This document shows positions 26,301 through 36,937 of a stretch of 64,000 nucleotides of DNA, in pieces. Position 1 is the first letter of the stretch. Each line of letters opens with the position of its first letter. Under the pieces are notes generated by a model. It saw only the letters and a program-made list of their open reading frames with translations. It searched no databases and had not been told where the DNA came from. This stretch comes from Lingula anatina (lineage: Eukaryota; Animalia; Brachiopoda), in the NCBI GenBank assembly GCA_051362555.1, contig CM120642.1, positions 15,934,001 to 15,998,000 of the forward strand, in the 5' to 3' direction. Made by a program: the position numbers and the translations under genes.

Positions 26301-27092
26301 GATGACAAGGTGGAACACAAGGACGCAACGCCAGAAAAGGCAAAGCAGGTGTCTGTTGATGTTGAAGAGGCGCCAACAAATAACGTGGAGGCAACAGCAA
26401 ATGTGTCATCTCCTCCTAAAAGCGAAAGTGAAAGTACGAGTAATGTGGAAACAACAGCAGATGTGTCATCTCCTTCTAATAACGAAAGTGAAAGTACAAA
26501 TAATGTGAAAACGACAGCAAATATGTCATCTCTTCCTAATAACGAAAGTGAAAGTACGATATCTGCTGCCGCTGTTGACAATGCTAACCATACTGCCAGC
26601 AATACCCTAGAACAACACATCAAAAGTGCCCCCGAATCTGCAGATAATATTGAATCTGAATCTCAAAATAGAGAACATGAAAAAAAGGGTAGCGCACACG
26701 TAAAAAGTGAAAATGGTTCTGCATTACCGGCCAGTTCCGATATTGCCAACTCTTTGCCCGCGGAGTTAGAGGGACCGCCTCATAAATCTACAGATACAAA
26801 AACCGAAAATGAACAGGTTAAAGTTGATAATGGTAAACCAACGCCCTCTCAGTCGTCTTCACACGATTCCAGTTCTTCATCTGACTCTAGTTCATCTGCT
26901 TCAGAGTCAGACACGGACGAGAAGGGAAAGAAGAAAGAGACATTGACAGAAAAAAGCAAGCAAACTAATGCAAATGCGTTACACACTGCCACTTCAAAAA
27001 ATAATGAACACGAAGAAAAATTGATGAAAGAAAACAACCAAGAGCAGCCATGTGTTGAAATAAATGGAGACGTCAGTGGTAGTAAATGTTAA
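16448..27092 (+). CDS. INF2: Inverted formin-2-like gene, 5'-partial, 13 coding exons (16448-16563, 19716-19875, 20134-20309, 20981-21060, 21261-22243, 22478-22620, 23094-23258, 23532-23789, 24328-24506, 24781-24901, 25242-25406, 25681-25771, 26035-27092), ~1230 aa visible
   Basis: All introns are GT-AG and phases chain without frameshift. DID sequence ALDTNNVMVKKQLFEL...YRFSVIIYE...RVRNEFIG closely resembles vertebrate INF2. Also has a polyproline FH1, FH2 motifs (FNWTKV, LLDGKRSMNINIFLKQF, GNFMN, GNAIGFKINSL, MTLLHYL) and a WH2/DAD-like CIVDKLLMDIRRGFTLRK. Confidence 0.93.
17470..17723. mobile_element. Harbinger-like palindromic MITE, family B
   Basis: TIRs GGCCCCATACCCATAG / CTATGGGAATGGGGTC with ~100-bp arms; homologous to 36465-36722 and 46361-46565. 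Confidence 0.82.
19716..19875 (+). CDS. INF2: INF2-like exon (DID; AAKKQRYRF...RNEFI)
   Basis: tgcag acceptor, G|gtaagt donor, 160 nt. Confidence 0.93.
20134..20309 (+). CDS. INF2: INF2-like exon (LDLLDIIHD...VFQR)
   Basis: tacag acceptor, AGG|gtgagt donor. Confidence 0.9.
20981..21060 (+). CDS. INF2: INF2-like exon (VCNKPQAQVLLSILQNFLQID)
   Basis: tccag acceptor, AG|gtttgt donor. Confidence 0.88.
21261..22243 (+). CDS. INF2: INF2-like exon containing FH1 (12 polyproline tracts) and the start of FH2
   Basis: ttcag acceptor, ORF 21190-22278 frame, A|gtacgt donor in the phase needed by the next exon. Confidence 0.9.
21652..22105 (+). repeat. FH1 coding repeat (G[S/F]GI-polyP units)
   Basis: Recurring CCTGGTT(C/T)TGGCATACC linkers. 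Confidence 0.9.
22478..22620 (+). CDS. INF2: INF2-like FH2 exon (QVSVWNEV...IEELFSQK)
   Basis: attag acceptor, GAG|gtagtt donor. Confidence 0.88.
23094..23258 (+). CDS. INF2: INF2-like FH2 exon (ILLLDGKRSMNINIFLKQF)
   Basis: tttag acceptor, GAG|gtgtgt donor. Confidence 0.92.
23259..23294. repeat. (GT)n microsatellite starting at the splice donor
   Basis: Direct reading. Confidence 0.95.
23532..23789 (+). CDS. INF2: INF2-like FH2 exon (IEMLKAF...AGNFMNT)
   Basis: tccag acceptor, ACC|gtaagt donor. Confidence 0.92.
23946..24112. mobile_element. MITE with CAGGCCCGTAGCCAG TIRs and 5-bp TSD CCCAA (INF2 intron)
   Basis: TIR pair CAGGCCCGTAGCCAG / CTGGCCATGGGCCTG, CCCAA on both flanks. Confidence 0.8.
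24328..24506 (+). CDS. INF2: INF2-like FH2 exon (GKHAGNAIGFK...MTLLHYL)
   Basis: cgtag acceptor, AG|gttcgt donor. Confidence 0.92.
24781..24901 (+). CDS. INF2: INF2-like FH2 exon (LSVDNMTSEV...FEKFVQ)
   Basis: acaag acceptor, CAG|gtacat donor. Confidence 0.88.
25242..25406 (+). CDS. INF2: INF2-like FH2 exon (TATADV...HFCENESTFKLEEC...CRK)
   Basis: ttcag acceptor, AAG|gtaaat donor; not in the ORF track. Confidence 0.9.
25681..25771 (+). CDS. INF2: INF2-like exon (ENEQRALQE...KEAG)
   Basis: ttcag acceptor, G|gtttgt donor. Confidence 0.87.
26035..27092 (+). CDS. INF2: INF2-like last coding exon (WH2/DAD plus low-complexity acidic tail, stop TAA)
   Basis: ttcag acceptor, ORF 26043-27092, motif CIVDKLLMDIRRGFTLRK. 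Confidence 0.9.
26376..26559 (+). repeat. Coding 60-bp (20-aa) tandem repeat x3 in the INF2 tail
   Basis: TNNVEATANVSSPPKSESES-type unit repeated three times. Confidence 0.9.
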
Positions 27093-28267
27093 ATTTCCAC
27101 GAAATAAACGTTCACCATGATCGACTGGCAATATTTCGAGCTTTTCTTTTTGCCTTTTTCTTTCTTATTTAAGCGGACAACTCAGAGTACAGCACGTAAA
27201 GCTGCAGACCCTCCGCTATAAAGAGGAAGGTTTCTTTGTAAGGAAACAGACAGCCACGTCGTCCAGCTCGATATCATCAACGTCATTTGCTGAAGATCAT
27301 AACATTACAGCAGCTGGGAATCATTTTCAAATTGCCTTATACTCACTAACGCTCAGTTCATTACCTTTTTGTATTTTGCATTTTATAGCCTTCATTGCAG
27401 AAATATTAAAGACGCTATTTACTAATAATCTTTTGATTTTATTTTAAGGTGCAATGTTACTGAATATTAATGGGTAATTTCTGAGAATTTAACCGTTTAG
27501 GTCCGGTGCATTTTTTTAGCCTCTCGATATAAGGGAGTGCAATGTATATTTTGTTTAAACGCCAATGAGCTGTACTAAGCTATGCTTGAACAGTAAACAT
27601 CAATAATTTATAAGTTGGTTTTACACGATGTTTTGTCTCATACTTGTACGTGTATGCTATGGCTTTGGTAATTGTAGCAGCCTATGTATACGAACTGTTC
27701 TATCTAGCCTTGCAAAATCAGATCCGAACGTTTTCAGGGTGCATTTTATTTTGCTAAAATACGTTTTTTCAATACACATTTACACGACATGAGGCATACG
27801 TTTTTAGTATTTAAAGAATTGCTTGTGACAGTTACTAAAATATGGGTATTATTGGAAAATAAATATTATACAAACATAATTTACGTATTCAGTTGTCCTT
27901 AGCAATAATTTACGTTTCTAGACCAATCATTGAATTTTGCACGGCCCGAATTCACAAACTTTTAGGACATGGCACATAATTAATCGATCGCAAAATTAAC
28001 TGCAACAAGAGGTTTTATTATGTCTGGTCTTAAATATGCGGTCTAACTCCTTGATCTGTTTCGACTCTTAATTTACTAACTTTAGGCCTGATTTGTGGCA
28101 GAATTTGTCACACGGGCATGTCAAAGTAAATGTGGAGGATCTTAAGTAGGTGAATAGAACCCATGCAACATTTATATAAAAAAGATTTCCCACAATGTCT
28201 TGATGCATAGGCCCTAGGTCCTTATTCTAGATAACTGAATAGAAAAAGCGTAATTTTAGGTTATTGT

Positions 28268-28555
28268 CAGGGGCGGATCAAGGATTATTTGAAGAGAGGT
28301 CTGCTGATGCGAAGCCAACCCCCCCCCCCCCCCCCCCCCCCCATGTCGAGTGGTTCGGGGCCCGCTGAAGGGCTAGATGAAGGGGCCAATAAATTTGGGA
28401 GAGGGCGAATGATGATATTTGGCACGGATTAGAACTATATGATTCAGCTAGTCAAAATTCAAATTACAAGAGGGGACCACTGGTGTGATTTTTTTCGGAA
28501 ATCGAAGGGGGGGGGGTCAGGACCCCCCTGACCCCTCCCCCTAAATCCGCCACTA
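28268..28555. mobile_element. MITE with CAG(T/G)GGCGGAT TIRs, flanks ATTGT/ATTGC
   Basis: TIRs; homologous partial copies at ~33700-33760 and 38665-38796. Confidence 0.7.
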
Positions 28556-30342
28556 ATTGCAGGCTTTCGTACTAAAAAAACAGAAAAAAAACAGTAGGCA
28601 AAGACAATTTCCCAAAATACCATTTTCGGGAAAAGGTGTTAGAATGGCCATGTAAAGTGGTATATTTTAACATCAAGTGGACTTCAGTTGCATCAAAAAT
28701 GTACTGTAAATATTTTGACAGTGAACATTTGTGAGCAGTTTTAGCCAAAACCTCTCACCCAAAATGGGTCAAATCTGTTGTAATTTGCATAACAATAAGT
28801 TGCCCGCCATAGAGCGAGCTGAATTCTCACTCTGCAGCTGGGCATAGTTGAGTGAAGACGTAACATTATGTGTGGTGAATTCACAAGTTTCAGCTTTAAA
28901 AAGACGTAGAAGCAAGTATATGGTAAGTATAACACTATTTCTTCAATAACCTCCTTCAATAAAACGCAAGTGCAACCGAATGAGAGAAAATTTATTGTAG
29001 ATATTAGTAGCGCGATTTGTTGTAATATTATGCCCAGCGTTACTTGTATGCACTCACAATGTCAAAATATGTTACAATGCTTTGGGACTACAAACGTACA
29101 AGAGAAATGGTGCTATCAGCTGACCATTGATGAAACAATAAGTTTGCTTGATATATTTCAAACTAGCTATATTTAGTTCTGCACGTATGAAGTTTTTTGT
29201 ATGACCCCTGGCAATTAAAAGCGCATTTGTGACTTAATTTAAAATGTTTTCGTGTAAATATAGACATGACTGCATTAAGAAGACTGATTCATTTAGATAA
29301 TATTACTTGTCGTAGTTCAGAGTTTTGGATATAAGGAGAAGTCTACCCTATCAAGATGTACATCAATTTTAAAGTCAAATTTAATTAACATTTCGCTTTC
29401 GAAGACAATTACGATGGTTTTCAGTGATTTCTTTAGGGTAAATTTATGTTCTGTGATGGATTGATCATTTAACCTGGGAAAGTTAGCAACTTTTAAAATA
29501 CATCATTTTATCATTATCATTACAAGAATAAGGGTCCACATAGCTGCTAAAGTCGTCTTAATTGTTTCAGATTACACTTGGGCAATCCATTTCTGCTTAA
29601 AGATTGACAAAGCTGTCATTGTAAGGTAAGTGTTCTTAATATAATACAACATACGTTCACGCACATGTCAGTTGCTCATAAAGCGATGGTTTACAGATGA
29701 AAGTTTTACGCCGGTTGACTACCGTCTCCAGTGTGCCGTATTCTGGCCCTCCTTTACACGACCAACTACATGAATATTAAAACTTGATTGTACTTTCATC
29801 CAAGTTATGTGTAATTTATTTCATATATTCTTAAAAGAAAAATGTTCAAATTATATGTTTTGCGCTTCTCTAAAATAAGTCAAATTGATTTCAGTCTGTA
29901 GGTTTGATCAAAATTTGTATGCGTTATTTTGTCATTTCAGAAGCCTGCATAGAAACTGTGCAACATGGGCCTGCAAGCAACAAGGTCTTTGGTTAACATA
30001 TATCATGCTCCATTTCATGTATCTCTTATATCAAATCGGAATAAATATTTCTATAATTCCTCGTTATTTTTTCATATTGATATAGACAACACAGTACAGC
30101 AATATCAAAATGGGAAAGGGGGAAAATTACAGATTTGTGATAACTGTTTCAAGTTCAATTCAGTTCGATATTTAAAATTGAAATTGTTTAAAGCTTTGTA
30201 ATTATAGACAGTATTTTGTAAATTCTAAAATTGGAAATTTAAGGTCTAGCCCGCTGAAAGTATATAAATTTCATTATTTAGTACAAATTTACAATCTTGC
30301 ATACTATACATGACATTTAAATTTCTTTGTAGCAACATGCAT

Positions 30343-31035
30343 GTCACCCGGCCCTCAAATGAAATGGGGTCATCCCACCTGTCACAACTCAAATGGAATG
30401 GAATCGCCCCACCTGTCACCCCTAAAATGGAATGGAATCGCCCCACCTGTCACCCCTAAAATGGAATGGAATCGCCCCACCTGTCACCCCTAAATGGAAT
30501 GGAATCGCCCCACCTGTCACCCCTCAAATGGAATGAACTCGCCCCACCTGCCACCCCTAAAATGGAATGGAATCGCCCCACCTGACTCCCCTCAAATGGA
30601 ATGAACTCGCCCCACCTGTCACCCCTCAAATGGAATGGAATCTCCCCACCTGCCACCCCTCCAATGGAATGGACTCGCCCCACCTGCCACCCCTCAAATG
30701 GAATGAACTCGCCCCACCTGACTCCCCTAAAATGGAATGGAATCGCCCCACTTGTCACCCCTAAAATGGAATCGCCCCACCTGCCACCCCTAAAATGGAA
30801 TGGAATCGCCCCACCTGTCACTCCTAAAATGGAATGAACTCGCCCCACCTGACTCCCCTAAAATGGAATGGGATCGTCCCACCTGCCACCCCTCAAATGG
30901 AATGAACTCGCCCCACCTGTCGCCCCTCAAATGGAATGGATTCTTCCCACCTGTTACCCCTAAAATTGAACGAACTCGCCCCATCTGACATCCCTCATAT
31001 CGAATGGACTTGTCCCACCTTTCACCCCTCAAATT
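30343..31035. repeat. Minisatellite, ~34-bp unit (AAATGGAATGGAATCGCCCCACCTGTCACCCCTC/A), about 20 copies
   Basis: Direct tandem repeats with degenerate edges and no unique spacers. Confidence 0.93.
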
Positions 31036-31996
31036 TGATAGACGCGCCCAAAGACTAGACGTTTTTTTCTCTCACCCATATCAGAGCAGTCATACAAGTA
31101 TCATTCATTTCAATCTACGAGCAAAGACCAAGTTTTCAATGTATTATTTATTATATGACATCTTTAATGACAGAAAACCACGAAGAAACAATTAAATATT
31201 TACTGGAGGCCTCATGTGCTCAAATAATAAAAGAATTAGGAAATTGAACAGTCTTTGAACAGGACTGGATTCATTGGACAAAGAATAGGTCGACAGGCGA
31301 TATTAACCGTTTGAATTTAACCCGAAATGATAAATCTAAAAATTGGCACCGACAGAATTTACTCATTAATAATTTGTGCCATTATAATTAAACTGCTTTG
31401 TTTTAATTTCAAATTTTTCATTTACAAAATTTAAAAGCGCTTTTAGGTCTAATCTGGAGAACAAAAATGCATTCCAAGTAGACAAAAGTATAAATTCTAA
31501 AACTACAGTACATATCAATTTTACTTTAATTCTTTGTATTTGAGATTGAATAAAAAACTACCCCCAAAAACCGCATTTATTTTCATAAATCGTCATTCAC
31601 AAGTGTAAATATTAACAATAAAAAATGACTTATACAATGCAAATAATAATATGATGATGAGGTAGTTGATTGGCTAAATATACAATCTTGCCCGATCTTC
31701 AACGTCGTGAAAATTGCGTTTTTATTCTCAACTTTGAAATTTGTGATTTGCAAAGACTCTGAAAATAACATCATGCCATTTTAAACACTTTAATAATTGC
31801 ATTATTGCACAATGATATGAACTTAAAAAGAAACTGGATTGTACAGAGCATGCCCTAAGGTATAATTAAAAATATTATGATCAATCCCTAGGGTATAATA
31901 TAAACAAAAAGGATAGATTTTAAGTATAATTTCTAAAGAGAACATGATCGATCTTAGTGCACCGTTTCAATATGTTAAAATGTATTTTTTTTAAAA

Positions 31997-31999
<3 letters not shown>

Positions 32000-32050
<51 letters not shown>
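32000..32050. repeat. (AG)n microsatellite
   Basis: Direct reading. Confidence 0.95.
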
Positions 32051-32052
<2 letters not shown>

Positions 32053-32456
32053 ATGTACAATTTTCAACATATAGCATCTGAGGTGTCAATGGATCTGGAT
32101 CTGCGGCAGATTTTAAAATGCGTCTCGGAGACCAGGGAAGCTTTAGTCAGGCGCACGTGCACTCTGCAGGATCTCGACATAGGCGTTTGCAGTTCTGAAA
32201 TATCAAAATAACATTAAAGTAGCGATATTTCAATTTTCGAGAGCAGAGAATCCGAATAAAGATTAGATTAACTGAAATATAAAAAAAACTCTGCTCATGC
32301 CGAAAAAATCACACTGAGGCTAACTGAACACCAAATTTGAAAAGTTGACTAAACGGGGTTTGTATGCAAGATTAAAAAAAAAAATGATATTTCACGATAA
32401 GAAGAATCACAAGAAATAATGCAGCCAATACTTTTGGAATGCATTTAAAAGGTAAA

Positions 32457-32668
32457 GAGACCATTTCCAGGCCCTATTGTACTAACTGTGGATCGATCCA
32501 TCTCCGAGGGAATTCTCGCTAAATTGCAATCAACTTAAATAAATCATTGTTTAGCAGCTTCAGTAGGCGTGCCAGACATCTAAGCCGCTTTTAAATGCTA
32601 AAAGCAATTTAGATAGAAACCGAGATGGGTCGATCCTGTTAGATCGATCTAGGTATAGGAACCCAGTC
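32457..32668. mobile_element. Harbinger-like MITE family A (inverted, internally deleted), TSD AAA
   Basis: Reverse-complement homology to 15243-15495; AAA on both flanks. Confidence 0.78.
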
Positions 32669-32825
32669 AAAGACTAAGGAATTAAGGATATTGTCACCCA
32701 AAACTCCTTATACTGCCTTACATACATTCTTTTGGCTAATTAAAAAATCTTGAGTGTTCAGTGACTTAATTATTTCACATTTACACATATGTCATCTTAC
32801 GGATGACGTCATAATTGGGTTCCTA

Positions 32826-33055
32826 TACGGTATATCGGACCACACTACCCATTTTCAAGGTGTGTGTCAGATCGCATTTCAGAGTATCATACCCCAGAAC
32901 AAATTTTGTAGGACGACCGCGGGCTCATCCTGTCGGTGTTCTGACTGATACTCCGAAATGCAATCTGACACACACCTTGAAAACAGGTTGTGTGGTCCGA
33001 TATACCGGTTAATTCAGGATCCTTATGTGCCGAGTCTGGTAGTTGGGTAGGCCTG
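32826..33055. mobile_element. Truncated copy of the CAGGCCTACCCAACT MITE
   Basis: Ends in GAGTCTGGTAGTTGGGTAGGCCTG and keeps the internal palindrome. Confidence 0.8.
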
Positions 33056-33699
33056 AGATCAAGCTCATGTACTATGGAAGTGTTTAAAATACGGAATGTG
33101 TTCAGGTGGCCTTATTACGTACAGTGAGTGACGTTGAAGTGATAGCATCTGGGTACCAAAAATCAAACTATATTTAATATAACTCTCTTCATATTATTAT
33201 TTGTGTTTTGCTGGCAGCACGTGCTTTTCAAGATTTTTAAAAATAACACTATGCAACTTTTCTCAAATCCAGTCAACTACTCAGGCCAAATTAAAGTTTA
33301 CAACGAGTAAAATGATAAGAAATTATTATCTGGTAGTTTGAACTCGTAAGAAACATGAAAAGCTTTTACTCACATGACAAATTTCTTACAATTTTCGAAG
33401 CTGAATGAAAATTCCGGCTCTGCGACTTCATCACACATATCAGCGTCCTGTCCTCACTGTGTGCAGCTGTCAAGTGACCAGTCAAGAAGATACGAGTAGT
33501 GCGCACGTAGGCGCTGAGCGAAGTACTGTTATGCAAATTACAACGGGTTCAGCACATTTTGATTGGGGGGGTTGCTGTTGAAATCATTTTCATTTGAATT
33601 ATAGTCTGGTTTATTTGAAGGCACAATAAGTCTCCATCACGAAAGAGGATAAAACAGGGTCTAACTTCAAGAGGGGGATATTGGTGTGATATATTTTTC

Positions 33700-33760
33700 A
33701 AAAACCGAAGGGGGTGGGGGTCAGGACCCCCCCTGACCCCCCTCTCTAAATCCGCCACTG
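33700..33760. mobile_element. Terminal fragment of the CAGTGGCGGAT MITE family
   Basis: GGGGTCAGGACCCCCC...AAATCCGCCACTG matches the 28505-28555 end. Confidence 0.65.
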
Positions 33761-34466
33761 TATGCCCTGTGCACAATGGAAGTCTTTGTGACTCCATTAG
33801 GCCTTTGGTCCTTTCACTTCTGTTTCGAACATCATGAGGCCTAGAGGTCTAGGCCTGTTTTCTCTAGAATCCATGGAACATCTATTTAAAAAAAAGATTA
33901 CAGGCTACGAACTTAGGCCTGATAGAGGAAAATGAAGTATCCTAAAATAGCTCATCCTAGCTCTCTGGTTGTATTAAATAAATGAATAAATAAAAACCAG
34001 TAGACTAAGATATTGAAGCTTTTTGTCTAAATTACGCCATAACAAAATTCAATCAAACAAATAGGCCTAGGCCTACTATAGGATACCACAGTTGGAGCCT
34101 ACTATCCTTAAAAAATTTTAGAAAATAAAAAAATATATAAGAAAAAGACCCTACTGTTTACTATTGCCTACCTCTAGCCGTACCTCGAAAAATATCTTGC
34201 AAGGATATATACAATTCTAAATTGTATTTAAAACTATATCCGTTCGACAGTTTTATAGCCTAAAAATAAATGTAGGGCCAATGATAAAAAATTATTTTTG
34301 TAACGTATTAAAAGATGTCCTTTGAGCATTTGTGTACTGTAGTCAATATATATCTGTATATTCTCGTCACGTCTATGCCAAGTAGACCTTGCGACAATAT
34401 AGATTCGATTCGAATGTGTTTGCGCGCCTTCAAATTCATTTTAACTACGCCAAAACCATGCGTTAG

Positions 34467-34510
34467 TACGCATGCGCGTAAATAGGGATTTCCCTACTTC
34501 CGCCTCACGT
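34467..34510 (+). promoter_or_regulatory. Probable URAH proximal promoter (NRF1-like ACGCATGCGC, NF-kB-like GGGATTTCCC at 34485-34494, ETS-like ACTTCCG, E-box CACGTG)
   Basis: Dense cluster of CpG-containing motifs 75-120 nt upstream of the exon-1 ATG; motif matches only. Confidence 0.45.
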
Positions 34511-34583
34511 GTACGACATCATAAGCGAAATTTCTCTGTGTTATACCGTTTGATTCAAACATATTTTGAGATCAGAAATATAC

Positions 34584-34640
34584 ATGAGTAAAGTTCGATT
34601 GGAGGTCCTGCGGAAGCATTTGACTGACAGATGTAGAGAG
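34584..34640 (+). CDS. URAH: URAH exon 1 coding part, [19 protein letters not shown] (PTS2 peroxisomal targeting signal)
   Basis: ATG at 34584, GAG|gtaggt phase-0 donor, in frame with the acceptor at 35694; RL-x5-HL motif. Confidence 0.85.
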
Positions 34641-35569
34641 GTAGGTGGAAGACTGCAGAGCGCACGAACCAAGTCTCGAGGTTTGAGTTGCAGCTTGCAT
34701 TCGTACTTGCAGTCTAGCTGGTGCTAGTGGGTCCCAGACACATACCGAACTGTCAAGTGGCTGGGCTGTCACCTCTGTTGGTTAATGAATATAAAGGCCA
34801 CGCGTAAATACCCTTATGTGCTAGTCTTTTCAGACATGAAAGGAAGTCCCCTACAATTTCCGGTACTTTTGTAGTATACCCCCCCACCCTGTAACTTTCT
34901 GTAACTTTCACTTTTCAAACAGTTTTTTACATTTTATTGTTCATCTATGTCAAAGCTGTTGAAATAAAATGCTTTTGTAATTACCTGTGGACTTTTTATT
35001 GGTTTTAATCACGTTTAATCCAGCCCATTGAAATACAATGTTAGAATCTTCAATTTACTCCCGCAGTCAATAACTTGCCGCGTTTTCGTTGGCTAACTCT
35101 AAGGTAATTTTATGTGAACAAGTAGCTCATAATAATTTCACAGAGGAAGTCCAAGTATACAATGTATCAATCCTATGTTCACATAAAATAAGGTAGAGTT
35201 AGCCAACGAAAACGCGCCAAGTTATTGACTGCGGGTACATTGTAAATTTTCACATTGTATTTCAATGGGTTGGATTAAACGTGATTAAAACTAATAAAAA
35301 GACCACAGGTAATTACAAAAACATTTTATTTCAACAGTTTTGACATAGGTGAAATAGACAATTTAAAAAAATGTTTGAAAAATGAAAGTTTCAGGAAGTT
35401 ACAGGGTGGGGGGGGTATACTACAAAAGTACCCAATTTCCCGCTATCTATATGGTCCTTGTGACAGAAAAATTAAGCCTTTCATATACATGTAGCCTACC
35501 GGGTAAAAATAGTAACCCTAGTTAATGTCGCACTCCACTTGAAATAGACACAAATCTCTCTCTTTCTCA

Positions 35570-35605
<36 letters not shown>

Positions 35606-36937
35606 CCCCACCTAGCTGCCGCTTATATTGTTGTTTTATTCCCAAGTTTAATGTTGCAACACTGTTAAAATCATCCGTATCGTGTTTTTCCAGGTAAAAC
35701 CAGCTATAACAATGTCTGGTAACCCCTTGACCACTCATGTGCTGGACACTGCCCGAGGAAGTCCTGCAGCCAATCTTGAACTGACTGTGTCCATCAAAGG
35801 TCAGAATGGACAGTGGACTGACCTCATCACTAGGTTAGTAGGATCTGGAAGGGGGGGGGGATGCCAAGAGTAGGAAGATATATGGTTTGTCGTTATGTTT
35901 TAGACTAACTGCTGGAAGTCAAACAACATAAATAGTCCCTTGGTTAAGTAAGTACAGAAACCATGGGCCACAAGGATGATATATTTTATCCTCATTTTTT
36001 ATCAAGTTTTTACCCTCAGTTAATAAAGTTTGATAAATAAAATAGATCAAGTAACAGTTGTGGATGCTTAGACTGGATATTTACTGAGTTGTTTAATTGT
36101 TTGTAGAGAATACAGTTGATACCTTCAGTTTTTTTTCCCTTTTTTGTCTCAGTTCAACAAACAGTGATGGCAGAGTCCCTAGACTTCTTACACAAGATCA
36201 GTTTGTTCCAGGAACATACAAGATTAATTTTAATACTGGTGGATATTTCCAGCAACTTGGGGTAGAGGGATTCTATCCATATGTTGAGGTAGGTCATTAT
36301 TTCTTCTCATTTTTTATAGAAAATCTCCAGATAAGTCTAGGCAAGTTTTAAGTATGCTATGGTTAAAGGTGAATAGCTTTATATATTTTTTAATCTGCCA
36401 TAAGTTTTTCCTTCAGTTTTCTTCACCCTGTCAAGAAAGTTAAAAAAAGAACTTGTAAAACTAAAGGCTCATTCCCAATGAAACTATTGGTCCATAGATT
36501 GATCCAACTTCTTGGGGGCTCCTGCTGGGTGGAATCAGATTAACATATTAATATCCTGCCTCCTCCTGGCATTGAGTAGAATACAGAAAAGCTGGTATTT
36601 ATACAACTATATTTGAAACAAAGAGGAGGTATGTTAATCTTTTAATCTGATTGCATTCAGCAAGAGCCCCCAGGGAGTTGGATCAATCTACGTAGACTCA
36701 TAGCTTCATTGGGAATAAGCCCTGAGGCATATATTTGTGAAATTTTGTATAGCTTACAGAAATTTCACTTTATACATGTATCACTTCAGTATACTGCCTC
36801 CAACAACAAATGTTTGACTCAAGAATGCATTATCGATACAATTTCAGGTTGTCTTTGAGATCAGAGACCCCCAGCAGCACTATCATGTGCCCCTCCTCCT
36901 CAGTCCCTATGGCTACTCAACCTATAGAGGCAGCTAA
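34584..36937 (+). CDS. URAH: 5-hydroxyisourate hydrolase (transthyretin-like protein), 4 coding exons (34584-34640, 35694-35833, 36153-36288, 36848-36937), 140 aa
   Basis: Signature motifs [54 protein letters not shown]-stop. GT-AG introns are phase-consistent. N-terminal RLEVLRKHL matches PTS2. Confidence 0.96.
34862..35432. mobile_element. Foldback MITE with ~260-bp TIRs, GGTACTTTT termini and 8-bp TSD CAATTTCC (Merlin- or Mutator-like), URAH intron 1
   Basis: Arms 34862-35120 and 35176-35432 are inverted copies; exact 8-bp duplication at 34854-34861 and 35433-35440. Confidence 0.9.
35694..35833 (+). CDS. URAH: URAH exon 2 ([18 protein letters not shown]...); internal ATG at 35712
   Basis: tccag acceptor, AG|gttagt donor. 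Confidence 0.93.
36153..36288 (+). CDS. URAH: URAH exon 3 (STNSDGRVP...FYPYVE)
   Basis: ctcag acceptor, GAG|gtaggt donor. Confidence 0.95.
36465..36722. mobile_element. Harbinger-like MITE family B in URAH intron 3, flanks TAA/TGA
   Basis: Long imperfect TIRs and a shared central AGAATACAGAAAAGCTG core. Confidence 0.8.
36848..36937 (+). CDS. URAH: URAH exon 4 (VVFEIRD...YSTYRGS stop)
   Basis: ttcag acceptor; C-terminal YRGS diagnostic of HIUase. Confidence 0.95.
   Translation, partial: VVFEIRDPQQHYHVPLLLSPYGYSTYRGS

Noticed and set aside
30343-31035. CRISPR-like array and the overlapping ORFs on both strands
   Set aside because: Units are contiguous without unique spacers, there are no cas genes, and the context is eukaryotic; the ORFs are by-products of the repeat
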